Source: Octopus bimaculoides
Lineage: Eukaryota
Length of the DNA: 52,552 nt
NCBI RefSeq assembly: GCF_001194135.2
Contig: NC_068988.1
Coordinates: forward strand, 84,161,469 to 84,214,020
Reading direction: 5' to 3'
Shown here: positions 8,970 to 23,159 of the stretch, in pieces
Layout of the letters: each line of letters opens with the position of its first letter
Numbering within the stretch: position 1 is the first letter of the stretch
Position numbers and translations under genes: made by a program
Notes under the pieces: model-generated
Database searches by the model: none
Seen by the model: only the letters and a program-made list of their open reading frames with translations
Told to the model about the DNA's origin: nothing

Positions 8970-11726
8970 TCTCTTTGTTTTGTTCATCGAAAGCATAGAA
9001 GGAATGTGTTTACGTTATTTATTTTCTACCACATCTAATATTATGTTGTGCACATATGTGTCTCTCTGTGTGTACATATTTATTAAAGTCCTTGTGTATT
9101 TTTTTGGCGACAAACTATTTAGTCTTTTAAGAATTGGTTTACATCTGAATGTATTCATTCAATTCTTTTTATTTAATCTTTAGTGGAAATAGGTTACAAT
9201 TACGACAATCAATGGTGGAAAATTAATAGAACGCTTTGTAGTATTAGGTTTCTGCATCTGAATTTAGATGGCACCTAACTTTATCTTTCATCCAATACCA
9301 GGAGCAATCCTTCTCTTTCTCTCTCTCAGGCACAACTACAGTTTGGTATTCCCTTCTGACTTTGGTTCCTCATAACTTCCTGAAAATGCTTACTTTTATG
9401 TAAAATTTGGTTAATGTATGTTTTTAAGGGTGGAGGTTACAGTTATGTTGATAAAATTCAGAAGGTGGTTTTTTAAATTTTATATTTGAGGAGTTTTGAA
9501 CTGTTCTCTGCTGTGACTTTCTTGCTACCAATTTCTGTAGATTTAGTATTTTTTTCACTGTTTTTAGATTTGTGTTTGAAACATAAAACATCATGTAATC
9601 TATACTCTTGAAAATGTACTTCTGCAAAATGTCATTTAAAAATGTGAGTTTTAAAGAGTTAGTAAACAAAGTGAGGAGGTTGAAGGAGTGATCTAAAACT
9701 CTTTCTTGAAAGAAAGAAGTCTAAGTAATTGTAATCTTTGTCTTAAAAAACATACACTTGCAAAATTTTGAATATATTTTTTTTCAGAAAGTTATGAAGG
9801 ATCAAAGTTAGTGGTGAGGCACCAATTTGTTGTCTTGCCAAAATTCAAAGGTCCAATTTTGTTACATTGTGCCCTACTGATTCAGTTGTGCTTATGGTGC
9901 CTGCAATAGTAAAATATTCAGCTTATGTGTTAATTTCAAGAGCAAGAAGTTGGTCAATTAAAAGTTCATCTTGGAAACTAATGGAAATCTAAAAATTTAC
10001 TTAGTTTCTTCTATTTGTTACTGTTTAGCTTAGTGGTTCTCAACTGAGGTCTATGTAGGATTTTGTTAAATTGATTATACTTTTAAAATACTCAAAATAT
10101 ATAAATTTTTTTAATAGAATTCTTAACATGTAATTATAAAAATACAGTAAGCTTTTTTTATACATACAGTGAATGGCTATGGAGGTTCAGTAGAGTAAAA
10201 TAGGAATCAAAGTTGTCCATAGGCAAAAATTGGTTGACAATCATTGGTTTAGCTCTGACCATCCAGATTTATGATCAAAACATTCCAACTGTAATCATCT
10301 TGTCTTCTCAAAGATATCCAGAGTTGCCTTATCTCATGTAGCCTTTCCTTTTTTCAGACAGCTAGATGTAATTTGAGAGAGATTTACTGCTATTTTTAGC
10401 AGGTTCAGTTGTCTTAGAGGGTCTCTCAGTGGAGAGTTGCTATCAAAACCGTAAGTCCCACTATTTGTCATTACCTGGACTTAGTAATTTCATCTTTTAA
10501 CATGTCTTCCAAGATGGTATAGGTTGCATGGCTTAACAGGATCTGACAAATAGGAGGACTGCATTGTGTTCCTGTGTCTGCTTTGGCATGGTTTCTATAG
10601 CTGCCCTTTCTGATGTCAGCATATTAGTCTGTAGATGTTTTATTTAATGTCATTTCATTGTATGACTGGATGGTTAAGAAGTTTAATATGCAATAAGAAG
10701 GCCTCAGGTGTGTGTGTGTGTGTGTGTGTGTGTATGCATGGGTATGTATATGTATGTATGTGTGTGTGTGTATGTATATGTGTGTCATATATATATATAT
10801 ATATATATATATANNNNNNNNNNNNNNNNNNNNNNNNNNNNNNNNNNNNNNNNNNNNNNNNNNNNNNNNNNNNNNNNNNNNNNNNNNNNNNNNNNNNNNN
10901 NNNNNNNNNNNNNNNNNNNNNNNNNNNNNNNNNNNNNNNNNNNNNNNNNNNNNNNNNNNNNNNNNNNNNNNNNNNNNNNNNNNNNNNNNNNNNNNNNNNN
11001 NNNNNNNNNNNNNNNNNNNNNNNNNNNNNNNNNNNNNNNNNNNNNNNNNNNNNNNNNNNNNNNNNNNNNNNNNNNNNNNNNNNNNNNNNNNNNNNNNNNN
11101 NNNNNNNNNNNNNNNNNNNNNNNNNNNNNNNNNNNNNNNNNNNNNNNNNNNNNNNNNNNNNNNNNNNNNNNNNNNNNNNNNNNNNNNNNNNNNNNNNNNN
11201 NNNNNNNNNNNNNNNNNNNNNNNNNNNNNNNNNNNNNNNNNNNNNNNNNNNNNNNNNNNNNNNNNNNNNNNNNNNNNNNNNNNNNNNNNNNNNNNNNNNN
11301 NNNNNNNNNNNNNNNNNNNNNNNNNNNNNNNNNNNNNNNNNNNNNNNNNNNNNNNNNNNNNNNNNNNNNNNNNNNNNNNNNNNNNNNNNNNNNNNNNNNN
11401 NNNNNNNNNNNNNNNNNNNNNNNNNNNNNNNNNNNNNNNNNNNNNNNNNNNNNNNNNNNNNNNNNNNNNNNNNNNNNNNNNNNNNNNNNNNNNNNNNNNN
11501 NNNNNNNNNNNNNNNNNNNNNNNNNNNNNNNNNNNNNNNNNNNNNNNNNNNNNNNNNNNNNNNNNNNNNNNNNNNNNNNNNNNNNNNNNNNNNNNNNNNN
11601 NNNNNNNNNNNNNNNNNNNNNNNNNNNNNNNNNNNNNNNNNNNNNNNNNACATACAATAGGAATACAAAATACAAAATGGCTGATAGTTAGCGAGGTGAG
11701 ACACACATAAGAAAGAAGGAAACAAA

Positions 11727-11771
11727 GGACCACTGATGAGGTCACAGAAGTGTGACGAAAGAACTCTGGCC
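11727..11771 (+). ncRNA. Minimal type I hammerhead ribozyme with G-C-swapped stem III
   Basis: GGACCA-CTGATGA-G-GTCACA GAAG TGTGAC-GAA-AG AA CT-C-TGGCC. 6-bp stem II, CUC triplet, cleavage after 11766. Confidence 0.7.
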
Positions 11772-14267
11772 GAAATAAGATTAAGATTAATGTAATATAA
11801 AGCTGAAGCAAATTAACATACAGTGCGTGTGTTTTTATTGGCTAAACTGGCAATATGACCATCCCCAAGTACAACAATATATATATATATAATGTTATAT
11901 ATATATATATATATATATATAATGGACTTGCTCGTTGGTTTCAACATATGAGGCTCTGACAACGTACTCTTTCTTTGTCCGTCATATATATATATGTGTG
12001 TTCATTTTTGTGTGTGTTTGTGTGTGCATATAAAAAAATCTGTGTGTGTACACTCCTATATATTTTAGAAAGCATATGAATAAAACGGAAATGCTTTTAA
12101 CCTAGAATTGAAACTGTGTCTCTGGCTTTGGTCATAAATAGCTGACCTGATAAGTTTTGACTCATTTATTTTATTGTATTCTACCTGCTCCACAGCTAAC
12201 AGAGTGGGTCTTTGTTTTCAGAAAAAAAACTGCAGCACTCTGTTTTGGTGACACTAAACAAACAAAAAAATTGAGGTTAGAATTTAGTAGCTTTTGAGCA
12301 GTATCAGGGTTCTAGGACATGCACTCTTTTTGCTTCCACCTCATGTTGCAGGCTTATTGTTGGTTGTACCAACATTGAGTGGAGACTGCAATATATTTTT
12401 CAAATGGACCTCTCTACCTAAGATCCAAATACATTCCTTGTTAACCAATGTGACAGACAATGCAGTATAGTTATTCTTTGGACCCATTTTCATATTACAG
12501 CTTGTGGCCGTTTTATTTGTGCCAGACACAAAGCTGGTATTTGCACTGGGTCAGCAAAAAGTGATGCTTCTGTTAGTACCCTATGGAGTGGATGCCCAAG
12601 GACTCTACACCTACGACTCTATCAGGGATAGTGACAGAGATAATAGATGGATGGTGTATGATTTCAAGAGAAAAATGTCAATTGTTTTTTTTTGTTCACA
12701 CCTTACCAGGTTCACACCATACCAGGTTCATACCTTACCAAGTTTGATTTGACCTGTCATTATTTCAGAGTTTGTTAAAATAGTATCAGCTGTATAGTGA
12801 TGGTCCCTTGACTTCTGATGAATGAAGTCTTGGTGTGTCATCATGACATATGTGGTGTCTTGGGCATTTTTAACCTGATGGAATGCTTTCTTCATAAGTT
12901 CTGAATGAAGCTGATTTCTTCCAGAGTGTTGATGAAAATGTATTATTCAAATACAGTAGTAGTTGAATAATATTCTTAAGGCTGCAATTTACTCACATGC
13001 AGAATCTTCAGAGCTTTGTTACTAATTCAGTTCTTAACCAAATTGAAAACTGTTAACATTTTTGAAGAGGGCTGGTCCCGAGCTACATTTTGGCATAAGA
13101 AAAATTGAGATTTAGTCCAGTAGAAAAAAGTTTACATCAAAATTTGTAGCAACCTTATAGGAGAGTAATGCCTCCAACTGAGTTTAGATCTAAAAAACTT
13201 TTGTATTTCAAAAGCAAAATATATTTATCTTAGCTTCAATGATAGATGAAAGCATGAAAAATTTCATAGTTTTAGTCCCATGCAATAAAAATTTGTATAA
13301 AAAATGTTGAGAGGTAAAATATCATAAAATATAAGGCAAAAAATTGGATTTAAGTATAATTAACTTTTCATTTTAAAAACAAACTATATTTTAATTAAGC
13401 TTAAATGATAGAGCTCATTTCAAGGAATTTCATGGTATCAATCTCATGCAGTGAAGTTTTAAAAGAAAGTTATGAGTGTTTCTTTCTCAAATTTGAAGGT
13501 GATAATGAAGTTCTATACATTTTTATGAATATAGTTCTATAAGGGGACTTTTAGTATATGTTACCTGCATAATTGAGGTAAGGAAAAAAATTATTAACGA
13601 CACTGCTAATTTGCAATTAGTTTCATTACTTCCTCTGTATTAATGAATGCAATTATATCATAAAAATGAAAAAAATTGAAATATTATTAAAAATTTTGGC
13701 AATAGCCTAGCCATTTTGGCAATCTTTTGTTTAAACTCGAAGGTGTGTGCATGCAGCTCAGCTGTTACCTGTAAGCGTAAAAGAATTTTATTTATTTTTG
13801 TGAGTGGAGTCAGCATAAAGTGAAAGAGAGAGGACATGTATGTGTTGAATGGGGGGTGTGAGACAGAAAGTGTGTTGTGTGTGTGAGAGAGAGAGAGAGA
13901 GAGAGTGACAGTGTACATTTTTCTGTTTATTGTTTCTCACACCTTTTTTTTCATTGAATGTGATTNNNNNNNNNNNNNNNNNNNNNNNNNNNNNNNNNNN
14001 NNNNNNNNNNNNNNNNNNNNNNNNNNNNNNNNNNNNNNNNNNNNNNNNNNNNNNNNNNNNNNNNNNNNNNNNNNNNNNNNNNNNNNNNNNNNNNNNNNNN
14101 NNNNNNNNNNNNNNNNNNNNNNNNNNNNNNNNNNNNNNNNNNNNNNNNNNNNNNNNNNNNNNNNNNNNNNNNNNNNNNNNNNNNNNNNNNNNNNNNNNNN
14201 NNNNNNNNNNNNNNNNNNNNNAAATTATTGACACATTATTAATTAGCATAATAACATAGCCTGAAAA

Positions 14268-15011
14268 AAACATGGATTACATGGAAGAATGCAAGCAAGA
14301 GAAATAATATTAAGATTATAAACCCAGAAAATTACAGGACAAGTTATTACATCTAGTGAAGTACAGAGCTAGAAAATTTTTACTTCAAATATTGCAGCTA
14401 AGGATAAAATTTGAATAATAAAAATTATTTGATTTTAATTTACAAAGTAACATTATAATTAAAAAAAGGTACCATCATTTTGTTAAAATATCGACACACT
14501 AGAATACTTAAAAAATGAGAACCAGAAGTACCAATATAGGCATTGAGTCAAGACTAAAAATGTGAAGACTTGGCAAATTTTACTGTGAATTTGTTGTTTT
14601 AGGTAGATTTTACTGTAATATATAACTAATTTTTGTATTATTCTATTTGTTGTACTATTATTTTTATAACCTATTTTCAAATTTCTAATTAATAATTAAA
14701 AAAAATGAATTTTTTAAAGTGCAAAATATATTTTAATTATTTTGAATTTTGAATTGAAATAACAAGTAATAACAAATAGAAGTAATAACTTGTAATAAAA
14801 GTTTTAGTTTTAATAAAAGCTAATATTTTATTTGAAATTTTATCCTTAGCTGCAATATTTTAAGTAAAAATTTTCTTGTTCTGTACTTTACCAGATGTAA
14901 TTAAGTTGTCCTGAACTTTTCCAAGTATAATAACTTGTCTTGTAATTTTCCAGGTTTATAATCTTACAAGTATTATTTCTCTTGTTCACATTTTTCCATG
15001 TAACGTATGTT
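14268..15011. mobile_element. Foldback/MITE-like element with long imperfect terminal inverted repeats
   Basis: About 14268-14423 is the reverse complement of about 14826-15011 (TTACATGGAA/TTCCATGTAA, CAAGAGAAATAAT/ATTATTTCTCTTG, AATATTGCAGCTAAGGATAA/TTATCCTTAGCTGCAATATT). Confidence 0.7.
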
Positions 15012-15944
15012 TGTATGACAGAGAGAGAGAAACAAACAAACAAACAAAAGAACTGAGTCAGTACTGGACTGGTATTCTATTTATTGAACCAAGGATGAAA
15101 GGTAAACCTGTCTTTGGCAGTATTTGAACTCGGATTGTAGATAGATGGAACAAATACCACACCTTTTGGTACCCTTACAGCTCTATTAAATACGTTATAT
15201 TGTGATTGATCCAAGTTTAAATCCCTCTTCACAAAATTGTGGTCTTGCTCCAATGTTAGAAAGCATTTTTTTTCAGAACCTTAATCAATGATAAATTATA
15301 GTTTAGTTACTATATATTTTATAGTGTAGACTTCAAATTTATGACTAGTATAAAAAGCTGAGTGACATATGAAATATTTTTCATAAACTGTTTCATCATT
15401 TGAAGGTCTCTAAAAAAAAATAGTTTAGTTACTGTATACTTTGTTTTTAGCTGCTATATCTAGTGTAAATCTAATAACTATTAAGTAATACTATTCAAAT
15501 GATAAATACTTTTTCGATTGTAATTAATCATGACATAAGGTTTGTCACCCAACTGAAACCAGTACACTAATTAAAACATATGAATGACTGAAAAATATAT
15601 TTAATTTTCAATACAAAATTTCACATTATTTTAAAATCACTATGCCTATTTTTTTTTTTTTTTTTAATGAATTAACAACCTACAAATTATTAATTTTGTT
15701 AATATTCTAAATCTGAACAAGTGCAAAGAAGCAGCTGAGAGTGAAATGTATAATGTTAAAAAGAAATTGATAATGAAATTTATTAAAAATTGAATATATG
15801 AAGAAAAGTTCAATTATTTAATTTTCTAACTTCGTATTTGGTAAAAATTGTCATTAATTTTATTGTAACAAAAAACATTCCTGCATCTGGAAGATTAAGG
15901 ACAATTGATTCAAGAATGATTTTGTTTTCTATCTAACTCACTGA

Positions 15945-16780
15945 AGACAATTATTGGCAGAAATGTTAAAATCTCAGATTTGAAACCCAAGCCCTGAAGC
16001 TGTTTTTATATAATGATTTTTATATCCAGCAGAGTTCACCTTAGCTCTTCATCCTCTGGGACAAAAGAGTACCAGTCATAGACTGGGATTCAATTAGCCA
16101 ATCCTATCCCTTCACCAAGATGTATGATCTAGTTCCTAAATTAGAATATATTATCATTATAATAATATGTTGATTTCAAATTTCGATACAAGCCCAGCAA
16201 GTTCAGCAAAGAGGGCAAGTCAATTACATTGACCCCAGTGCTCAACTGGTACTCTTTTTATCAACACTGAAAGGATGAAAGACAAATTTGACCATGGAGA
16301 AATTTGACCTCACTCAGAACATGAAGACAGATGAAATGCTGCTAAGCATTTTGCCTACCACTTCACCACCTTATATTATTATAACATTAAAAACAGTGAG
16401 CTGGCAGTATCTTTATCACATCAAACTAAATGTTTGGTGATATTTCTTCCAGCACTTTACATTCTGAGTTCAACTTAGCCTTTCATCCTTTTGGAGTTGA
16501 TAAAATAAAGTACATCAGTCAAGTACTGAAATTGATTACATTGACTTGCCCATTCCCTAAAATTGCTGGCCTTATCCCAAAATTTGTAACTTGATGTAGT
16601 GGTGAATTGGCTGAATCATGTGCACTTGGTTTTTTTGGGGCGGGGTATGGAGGTTGTGGCACTGTCTTGAATTCAAATTCTGTTGTGATAAACTTTCATC
16701 CTTTCGAGGTCAAGTTAATGGTATCAACCAACCCCTTTCCTTAAAATCATTGGCCTTGTGCCTTAGAAACAAATATTATT
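15945..16780. mobile_element. Cluster of about four decayed tRNA-derived SINEs
   Basis: Recurrent core TTAGCCTTTCATCCTTT..GG.GT.GATAAAATAAGTAC..GT..ACTGGG in both orientations. Further copies near 25470-25570, 26930-27270 and 28270-28390. Confidence 0.6.
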
Positions 16781-16860
16781 AAATAGTATTGATAGTGGTC
16801 TGGACTAAAGTGCCTCTTGGTATTTAAATTTGAATGTTAAACATTTTGAATACATTATAT

Positions 16861-17022
16861 ATCATCATCATCATCATCATCGTTTAACGTCCGCTTTCCA
16901 TGCTAGCATGGGTTGGACGATTTGACTGAGGACTGGTGAAACCGGATGGCAACACCAGGCTCCAGTCTGATTTGGCAGAGTTTCTACAGCTGGATGCCCT
17001 TCCTAACGCCAACCACTCAGAG
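16861..17022 (-). mobile_element. Young 5'-truncated RTE 3' end with probable TTATAT target-site duplication
   Basis: Identical by eye to 2311-2468 and to the 52302 copy over the shared length; TTATAT at 16855-16860 and 17023-17028. Confidence 0.85.
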
Positions 17023-17057
<35 letters not shown>

Positions 17058-17762
17058 CATTGTTTAACATCCACTTTTCCATGCTTACAGGTGTTAGACA
17101 GAGCTTGAGGTAAATTTTCTATGGCCAGATACCCTTCTTGTCATCAACACATACCTGTTTTCAAGCAAGATAAAATTTGCCTTTGACCAGACATTTTTCA
17201 CAAAAGGCTGGAAACAAACATCGTTTACTTTTTTACAATCACCATATAACGTCAGGACACGGATACGCGCACATACACACACTCCTATATATCTGTTTAT
17301 TGCTAGGAGGTATTTGACAATTTTTTTATGGTTAAAACATGTGATTGTGTGTCTGTGCAGTCTTGCTTGTACCTGTCTCAACTAGCCAGGTCTGAAACCC
17401 TTATACAGTTGCTGTGATGTAACTAGCAAGTAAGGGCACATAACTTCACACAATGCAGTCTGTCTGGCTGACTAAGATTCCACTTCTACTTTACAGATCA
17501 GTGATTAAAAAATGCGTTACTATAAAAACAACAATGACCCATCCCTAACATGGAAATATGGTTATGTTTGTTTTATATATCTAATGTATGGATAAGGGGT
17601 AATATATTAGAGGAGTGTTCTGCCTACAATATTCTTATATAATGCCAGAAATTTAATATAAAGCATTGGGGTTGGGTAGCACTATACTTGAGTGTAAAAA
17701 GAAAATACAATAACAAACTTGTGAAAATGAAGCTACTAAAGGTGGTAGCCCTGAGACATTAA

Positions 17763-17980
17763 GCTCTTTTGTTACCATATTTCTGTTAAAATACACCGTT
17801 TCAATTAATTTTGAAAATAATTTAGAATTTAGTAAAATAACCTTGTAATTATTAAGCTGATGTTTGAAACAGAAATAAACATGAAGTTTTGAGGGTAGGT
17901 TTTAATTCAGATCATTTGAAGATAGAAAAGTTTGTATCATAGAACCAAGAGCAGTCTTAAGTAACTTGGTATCAAAAGGG
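17763..17980. mobile_element. piggyBac-type MITE (family B)
   Basis: TTAA on both sides (17759-62, 17981-84) and an AAAAGGG terminus. Relatives at about 20945-21160, 25888-26310 and 47966-48175. Confidence 0.65.
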
Positions 17981-19645
17981 TTAAAGACTTGTTTATACAC
18001 TAATCAGTATGTGTAGTGAATATATCCAGTGGCAAGTGTTAATTCTGTTAACCCTTTGGTGGTGGTGTGTATGTGTGGGAGAAATATGCCTTGCCTGGAA
18101 ACAGGTGAGGGTTGGTGTAGAAAAGGTATCTGGTTGTAGAAAAATCTGCCTCAGCGAATTGTCTGGTCCATGCAAGTAGATGACAAAATGATCATGAAGA
18201 TGATGATGTCTTGAAACTTTTGTGGGTGTGAACAAAAACAACTTTAGGATAGGTTATTGCAAACCTGACTTTTCAGAAAACCATTATTAAGATGAGGAAG
18301 AAGTATAACACCCATAACTTAACGAGGTGGGTGCAGTTGATGTTCAGTTGAAACCTTTCAGTTGGTTGATGCCTGTATGGAAAACATGGGTAGGTGGGGG
18401 GGGATATTCCAGGATGTTTGCAAAGTGCTTACTGCTGGGTTTTGGTAGCAAGATACAATAAAGATGACATGAGGAGGAAAGATGGGTGTGTTGGATGTAC
18501 TAAGATGGAGGTGGTGCCCAGCTTGTTAGTTGAGAAAAGCAGAAGCTGTGGTAGAAGTGGCAGAGAAAAGAAACATGCTTGTGGACCAGTCAGTTGGTGA
18601 GGTTGATGTTCGGTTGTTTTGAAAAAATTTCTTCATGTATATATTTTCATATATTTTTTTTGTTAGTGATTTATGATTTGTTGGAATTTAATAATTTAGT
18701 TCATTCGGCCACTGACATTTCGAGACATTCTTAGTATTTCCTTCTGGATGTAAACATTTCAACTGACAGGTGGTTTTACTGTTCTCACTTTTTAAATTTT
18801 GATTTAGGGCAGAAAGGCATGGCTATATGGTTAAGAAATTCACTTTACAAATCACATGGTTTTAGGTTTGATATTATGGCATGAAACCATGGACATCGTA
18901 ACCTCAAGTGAAATTTCTTAAGCAGAAACTATAGATGTCCACTACAGGAATTGTATCTATTTTTGAGTGATAGACTTAATCGACCATCCAATTTAACATC
19001 ACTACATGGCCTTTTGGATGCCTTTAGCAGAGGTGTACACTCAAATGCAAGCATTTGCACCGTATCACAATAAATTAGAGATACAATTAATTGAACACAC
19101 CATCAGTATATTACTGATATTTATCAAAACATTCACATACCCATATATAGGAATATAACACAATACACACCTCACCCTGTATCACAACCCTCTCAGTTGA
19201 AGGGGCGTCTTTTTTTCTTTGTCTGGCAAGCTACTTAACAATCTCACTAGTGCTGGTGTCATGAAAAGCACCAGCTGTAAAGTGGTTGGTATTAGGAAGG
19301 GCATCCAGTCATAGAAATCATGCTAGAACTGACATTGGAACTTGACACAGCATTATGGCTGGTTGGATCCCATCAAACCATCCAACTAATGCCTCTCATA
19401 GAAAACATTAAACTTGATGATTACGATAATGTGTTGATCATTAATTCTGCCCCCACCCAACCATCATTAACTATGTTTCAATTCTTCATTATGTAATCTG
19501 TAAGATTACATAATGTCTTCTTACTGTCATCTGTTTATTCACACTCTATAACTGACCAACTTAGGCTACAGTTTCATCCATTTGCACATTTCATTCACAA
19601 ACTAGTGCAATTCTTTCTCATTCTTACTTCTGCAGAAGTCTCTAA

Positions 19646-19862
19646 TCCTTTAGCATTTAAAGCAGCCATATTAGGCTAAAATATTCAGTTTCATGTTCAA
19701 ACTGGCAAGATCTATCCTTTTACACCTACCCTATATATCTAAAAGTGACCAATCACATCATTGAAACCTCAAAGCTAAAAGATAATGCATGATTAATTCA
19801 AAACAGTGTGAATAAATAAGCATCACCATTGCACCTTCGACAGTAATCTGAATCCTAAAAAG
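19646..19862. mobile_element. piggyBac-type MITE (family A)
   Basis: Termini TCCTTTAGCATT...AATCCTAAAAAG|TTAA; homologous to 25952-26159. Confidence 0.55.
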
Positions 19863-22800
19863 TTAATTCTCAGTTGATTACTTCACTCATTTACACTCTC
19901 TGTTCTTAAGTAATTTATCACTACATATCCAGGAATAAACTAAATCCAAAATCTTGTCTTAGGCCAGGTGATTGAATTGCTCAAAGTATGGTGTACATGC
20001 ATTGTAAATATACAATCTAAGAATGAGATTAATATTCTAGAAAATTATAATCTTGTTAACAATTCATCTCAAACATTTAGATGTCTGCTATCTAAGCTGA
20101 GGATTTCTTTCAACTGGTACTGAAGTTTCGAAGTGCTGATGCTAACCCTGGCTCAAAGCTTAGCTTTGGAATACTGAACTCTACTTCAAATTCAGTTTGA
20201 AACAATCTATATATTCTGAGATAAAATACTCTGACGATTGGTGATTGAACTGATCAAAACAAAGTATGCAGATATATCTATTGTCAATATACATTGTGAA
20301 GATGAGTGTTGGTTCCATTGGGCTGGGTTTTTGCCATTGATCTATAAAAAATTGCTCTCTCAAACTTGCCCATGACATAGCCTTAATGGTCAAGTACTTC
20401 CTGGAAGTTTTAAAGCAAGTTGATTTGAAGCCACTCTGCCACTTCAACATAGATTGCATTATTGAACTTTTAATTGGGGCAGTCTCTCCATAGCAAGTTC
20501 TGGTAGCATAATTTCACAACTTGTTGGGGTAACCCCAACAACAAGATGAGTTAAATTACAAGTTTAATGAATAAATAAATTCAAAATTTTCTTTTCCCTT
20601 CAATTGAGAATACACACACACACACACACACACACACAATTAATTTCAAACTAAGATTGATATTTGAATCGATTTAATTTTAAATCAAGCTAAAATGAAC
20701 TGACGAAATTTCAGTTTGAAATCAAATTAAATTTCCTTTTGAGTTCAAATTAGATTTTCATTTTGTAAAAATATGTTTGATGCAATTTTTTGAAAAGAAT
20801 AATCTGGTTATGATTTACAGAAGTATTACATTTTTAATTATGAATTTTTATTCAGTCAAATTTTGCTTCAGGTTTAAATGTCAATCGTTTTAAATTTCAA
20901 ACTCAAAAATTAAAATCTCCCATCTTTCATCCTAACACATTGAACCCTTTCAATATCATTCTGCCTGAGACTGCCCCTGACTCTTATAATATAAACTTTT
21001 TGTTTTAAAGTGATCTAAATTAAAACAATAAAATTTCATGTTAATTCATGTTCCAAACACCAATTTAATAATGACTTATTTTATGAGATTCTTTGTTATT
21101 TTTAAAATTAACTGAAAATAAAAGCAGTTTATTTCAATAGAAATATGGTAACAAAATAGCCAAATCATTTTGTTGTAATAATGTATAATTTATGTATAAC
21201 CTTTTCATCAATCGGCATTGAAATGTGATATAGTAAGGGTAATTTTAAAAGTTAAATAAGCAAAGCTCTTCAATGAGGATGGAATGTCAGGTGTGGAGTG
21301 GGTAAGGATGAGCTTCATTTATTACGAGGACTACAAAAATTGTATCAGAGACTGATGTGATATCTCCAACGGAAGTTTTGGGTGTAGGAGGAGAATGTTA
21401 TCTAGAACTTTTCCATGATATAAGGTTATTTGTAAGTAGCTCAAGGCATATGTTCTGTTGTTGATCTGAAAAGGACAGATGTGAGGGAGGGGAGAGAAAG
21501 AGAAGAAAATATATTCGTTTTGAGGAAAGTTTTATCTCTGATATAAGAGAACAAGTTCTGGTATGGTGTTTAGATTCTCTGGTGGTTACCATACTTATCA
21601 ATTTATCGTTGAAGTTCAATGCTTTTCAGAAGAGAAGTTTTGTCATTCAGTTTTCTCCATTCTGACACTTCTTGTGTGCACTGAGTGATGGAAGAGATCT
21701 TGCTTCATTGAAGTAAATGGTAAAATAGTATCAAGCCTAACTTAGTAGGTGGGGAGGGCTTTTCCTAAGTAGTTCATTCAACCTGCCTAATGTAGGGAGC
21801 TAAATCTGTCACCACCACCACCTCTTCTCTCTCTCAATTCCCCATCTGTCTATAAAATGGTAGTAGGGCCATTCAAATCAGAGAATGGTTTGGCTACATA
21901 GTTCTTTAATGTATAAAATGTAGCAGCCATATCTTCCCAACCAACAAACTCCCTACTGTTTATATATAGTTACTTATGAGTCAGAGATTTTTAGGTAAGA
22001 TACCTAATTTGGACTATGGAGCAACCAGATCACCCTTAACACTTAACAATCTCTTTTAAAGTTGTAGCAGGGGACATGAACTACCGAGTATGTGTCTATA
22101 TAGTTACACAAGCTGGCAGATGTAACATTCAGATCCCTGTTGACTAATATTTTTATTTTCATAGTAAGGACCATGTGAGTCAGCTGGGGAACTTTTTTCA
22201 TGTTGTCATTGAACCTTACTAAACTTCCCTGCTGCAAACATCCTTATTTCAAAGAAAATTGGGGTCACATTAGTCACGAAGGGAAACTTATTTTACTGTC
22301 ACTGACTATGCTCATTGTGACTGGTAAGTCTCTTGCAACATGCATCCCTATTTTAAAGAAAATAGGGGTCATTTCAGCTAGCGAGGGAACTTCTTTGTAA
22401 TTGCTCATTCCGTTTATGTAGTAGCTGAATCTCTAACAAGTGACCAATTGTTAAAAGCAAAATAGATCCCCACAAGCCAGTTTCTGTGAAGTCTTTTAAC
22501 AATACTGAATGTACAACTCAATTTTTTGCAAAAAAACATCGGTCATTAAAGGAACTTTTATGGTTATTACTGAAACTTTTCCATATAAGTTTCCAATTCT
22601 CTTTCAGCTAGTGTCTCTGCTATCTTCAAAATGGTAATCAACTACTGATGGTACAAGGATTCATACTGAATGCACATTCACAGTATTTGCATAATCCAGT
22701 CTTACAGAATCAAAAATGGAATGTTCACATGTTTTAAATTCAAATATGCTTTAATTTTTTTTTAATTAGGTCACTCCCCCCCCCTCTTCTATAATGTGAG

Positions 22801-23159
22801 TAGCAATGTAGCCTTCTACTACAAGAAACCTGTTGTTTGGCATACAGCTACCCATCTCTCTACTGTAGCTCCACTCAGTCAAAGAGGATCTTAGTTTTAT
22901 AAGTTACATGGTGACCTCACTAGTGCTGGTGCTACGAAAAAAAAAACATCCAACACATGTAAAGTGACTGACATGAGGAAGGACATCCATCTGTTGAAAA
23001 CCTGCAAAAGCAGATACTGGAGTGCAATACAGTCCTTAAACCTCTCAGATCCTGTCAAACCATCTAACCCATACCTGCATAAAACATGGACAATGAATAA
23101 TGATGATGGGGATGACACTGAGGTTTCTGAGGTAGAACAATGTTCTTTATTCCTTCTGT

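Noticed and set aside
10624-11811. Long ORFs of 300-400 aa (also near 13.8, 33.0, 46.7-48.0, 49.2 and 50.9-51.7 kb)
   Set aside because: They are open only because they cross N gaps and dinucleotide microsatellites.
13658-13790. Strong minus-strand acceptor followed by VTAELHAHTFEFKQK...
   Set aside because: No donor before the stop, no homology recognised, and the setting looks like DNA-transposon sequence.
20181-20540. Coding-like minus-strand segment
   Set aside because: The only ATG ORF is 92 aa with no recognisable motif, and the other frames carry stops.
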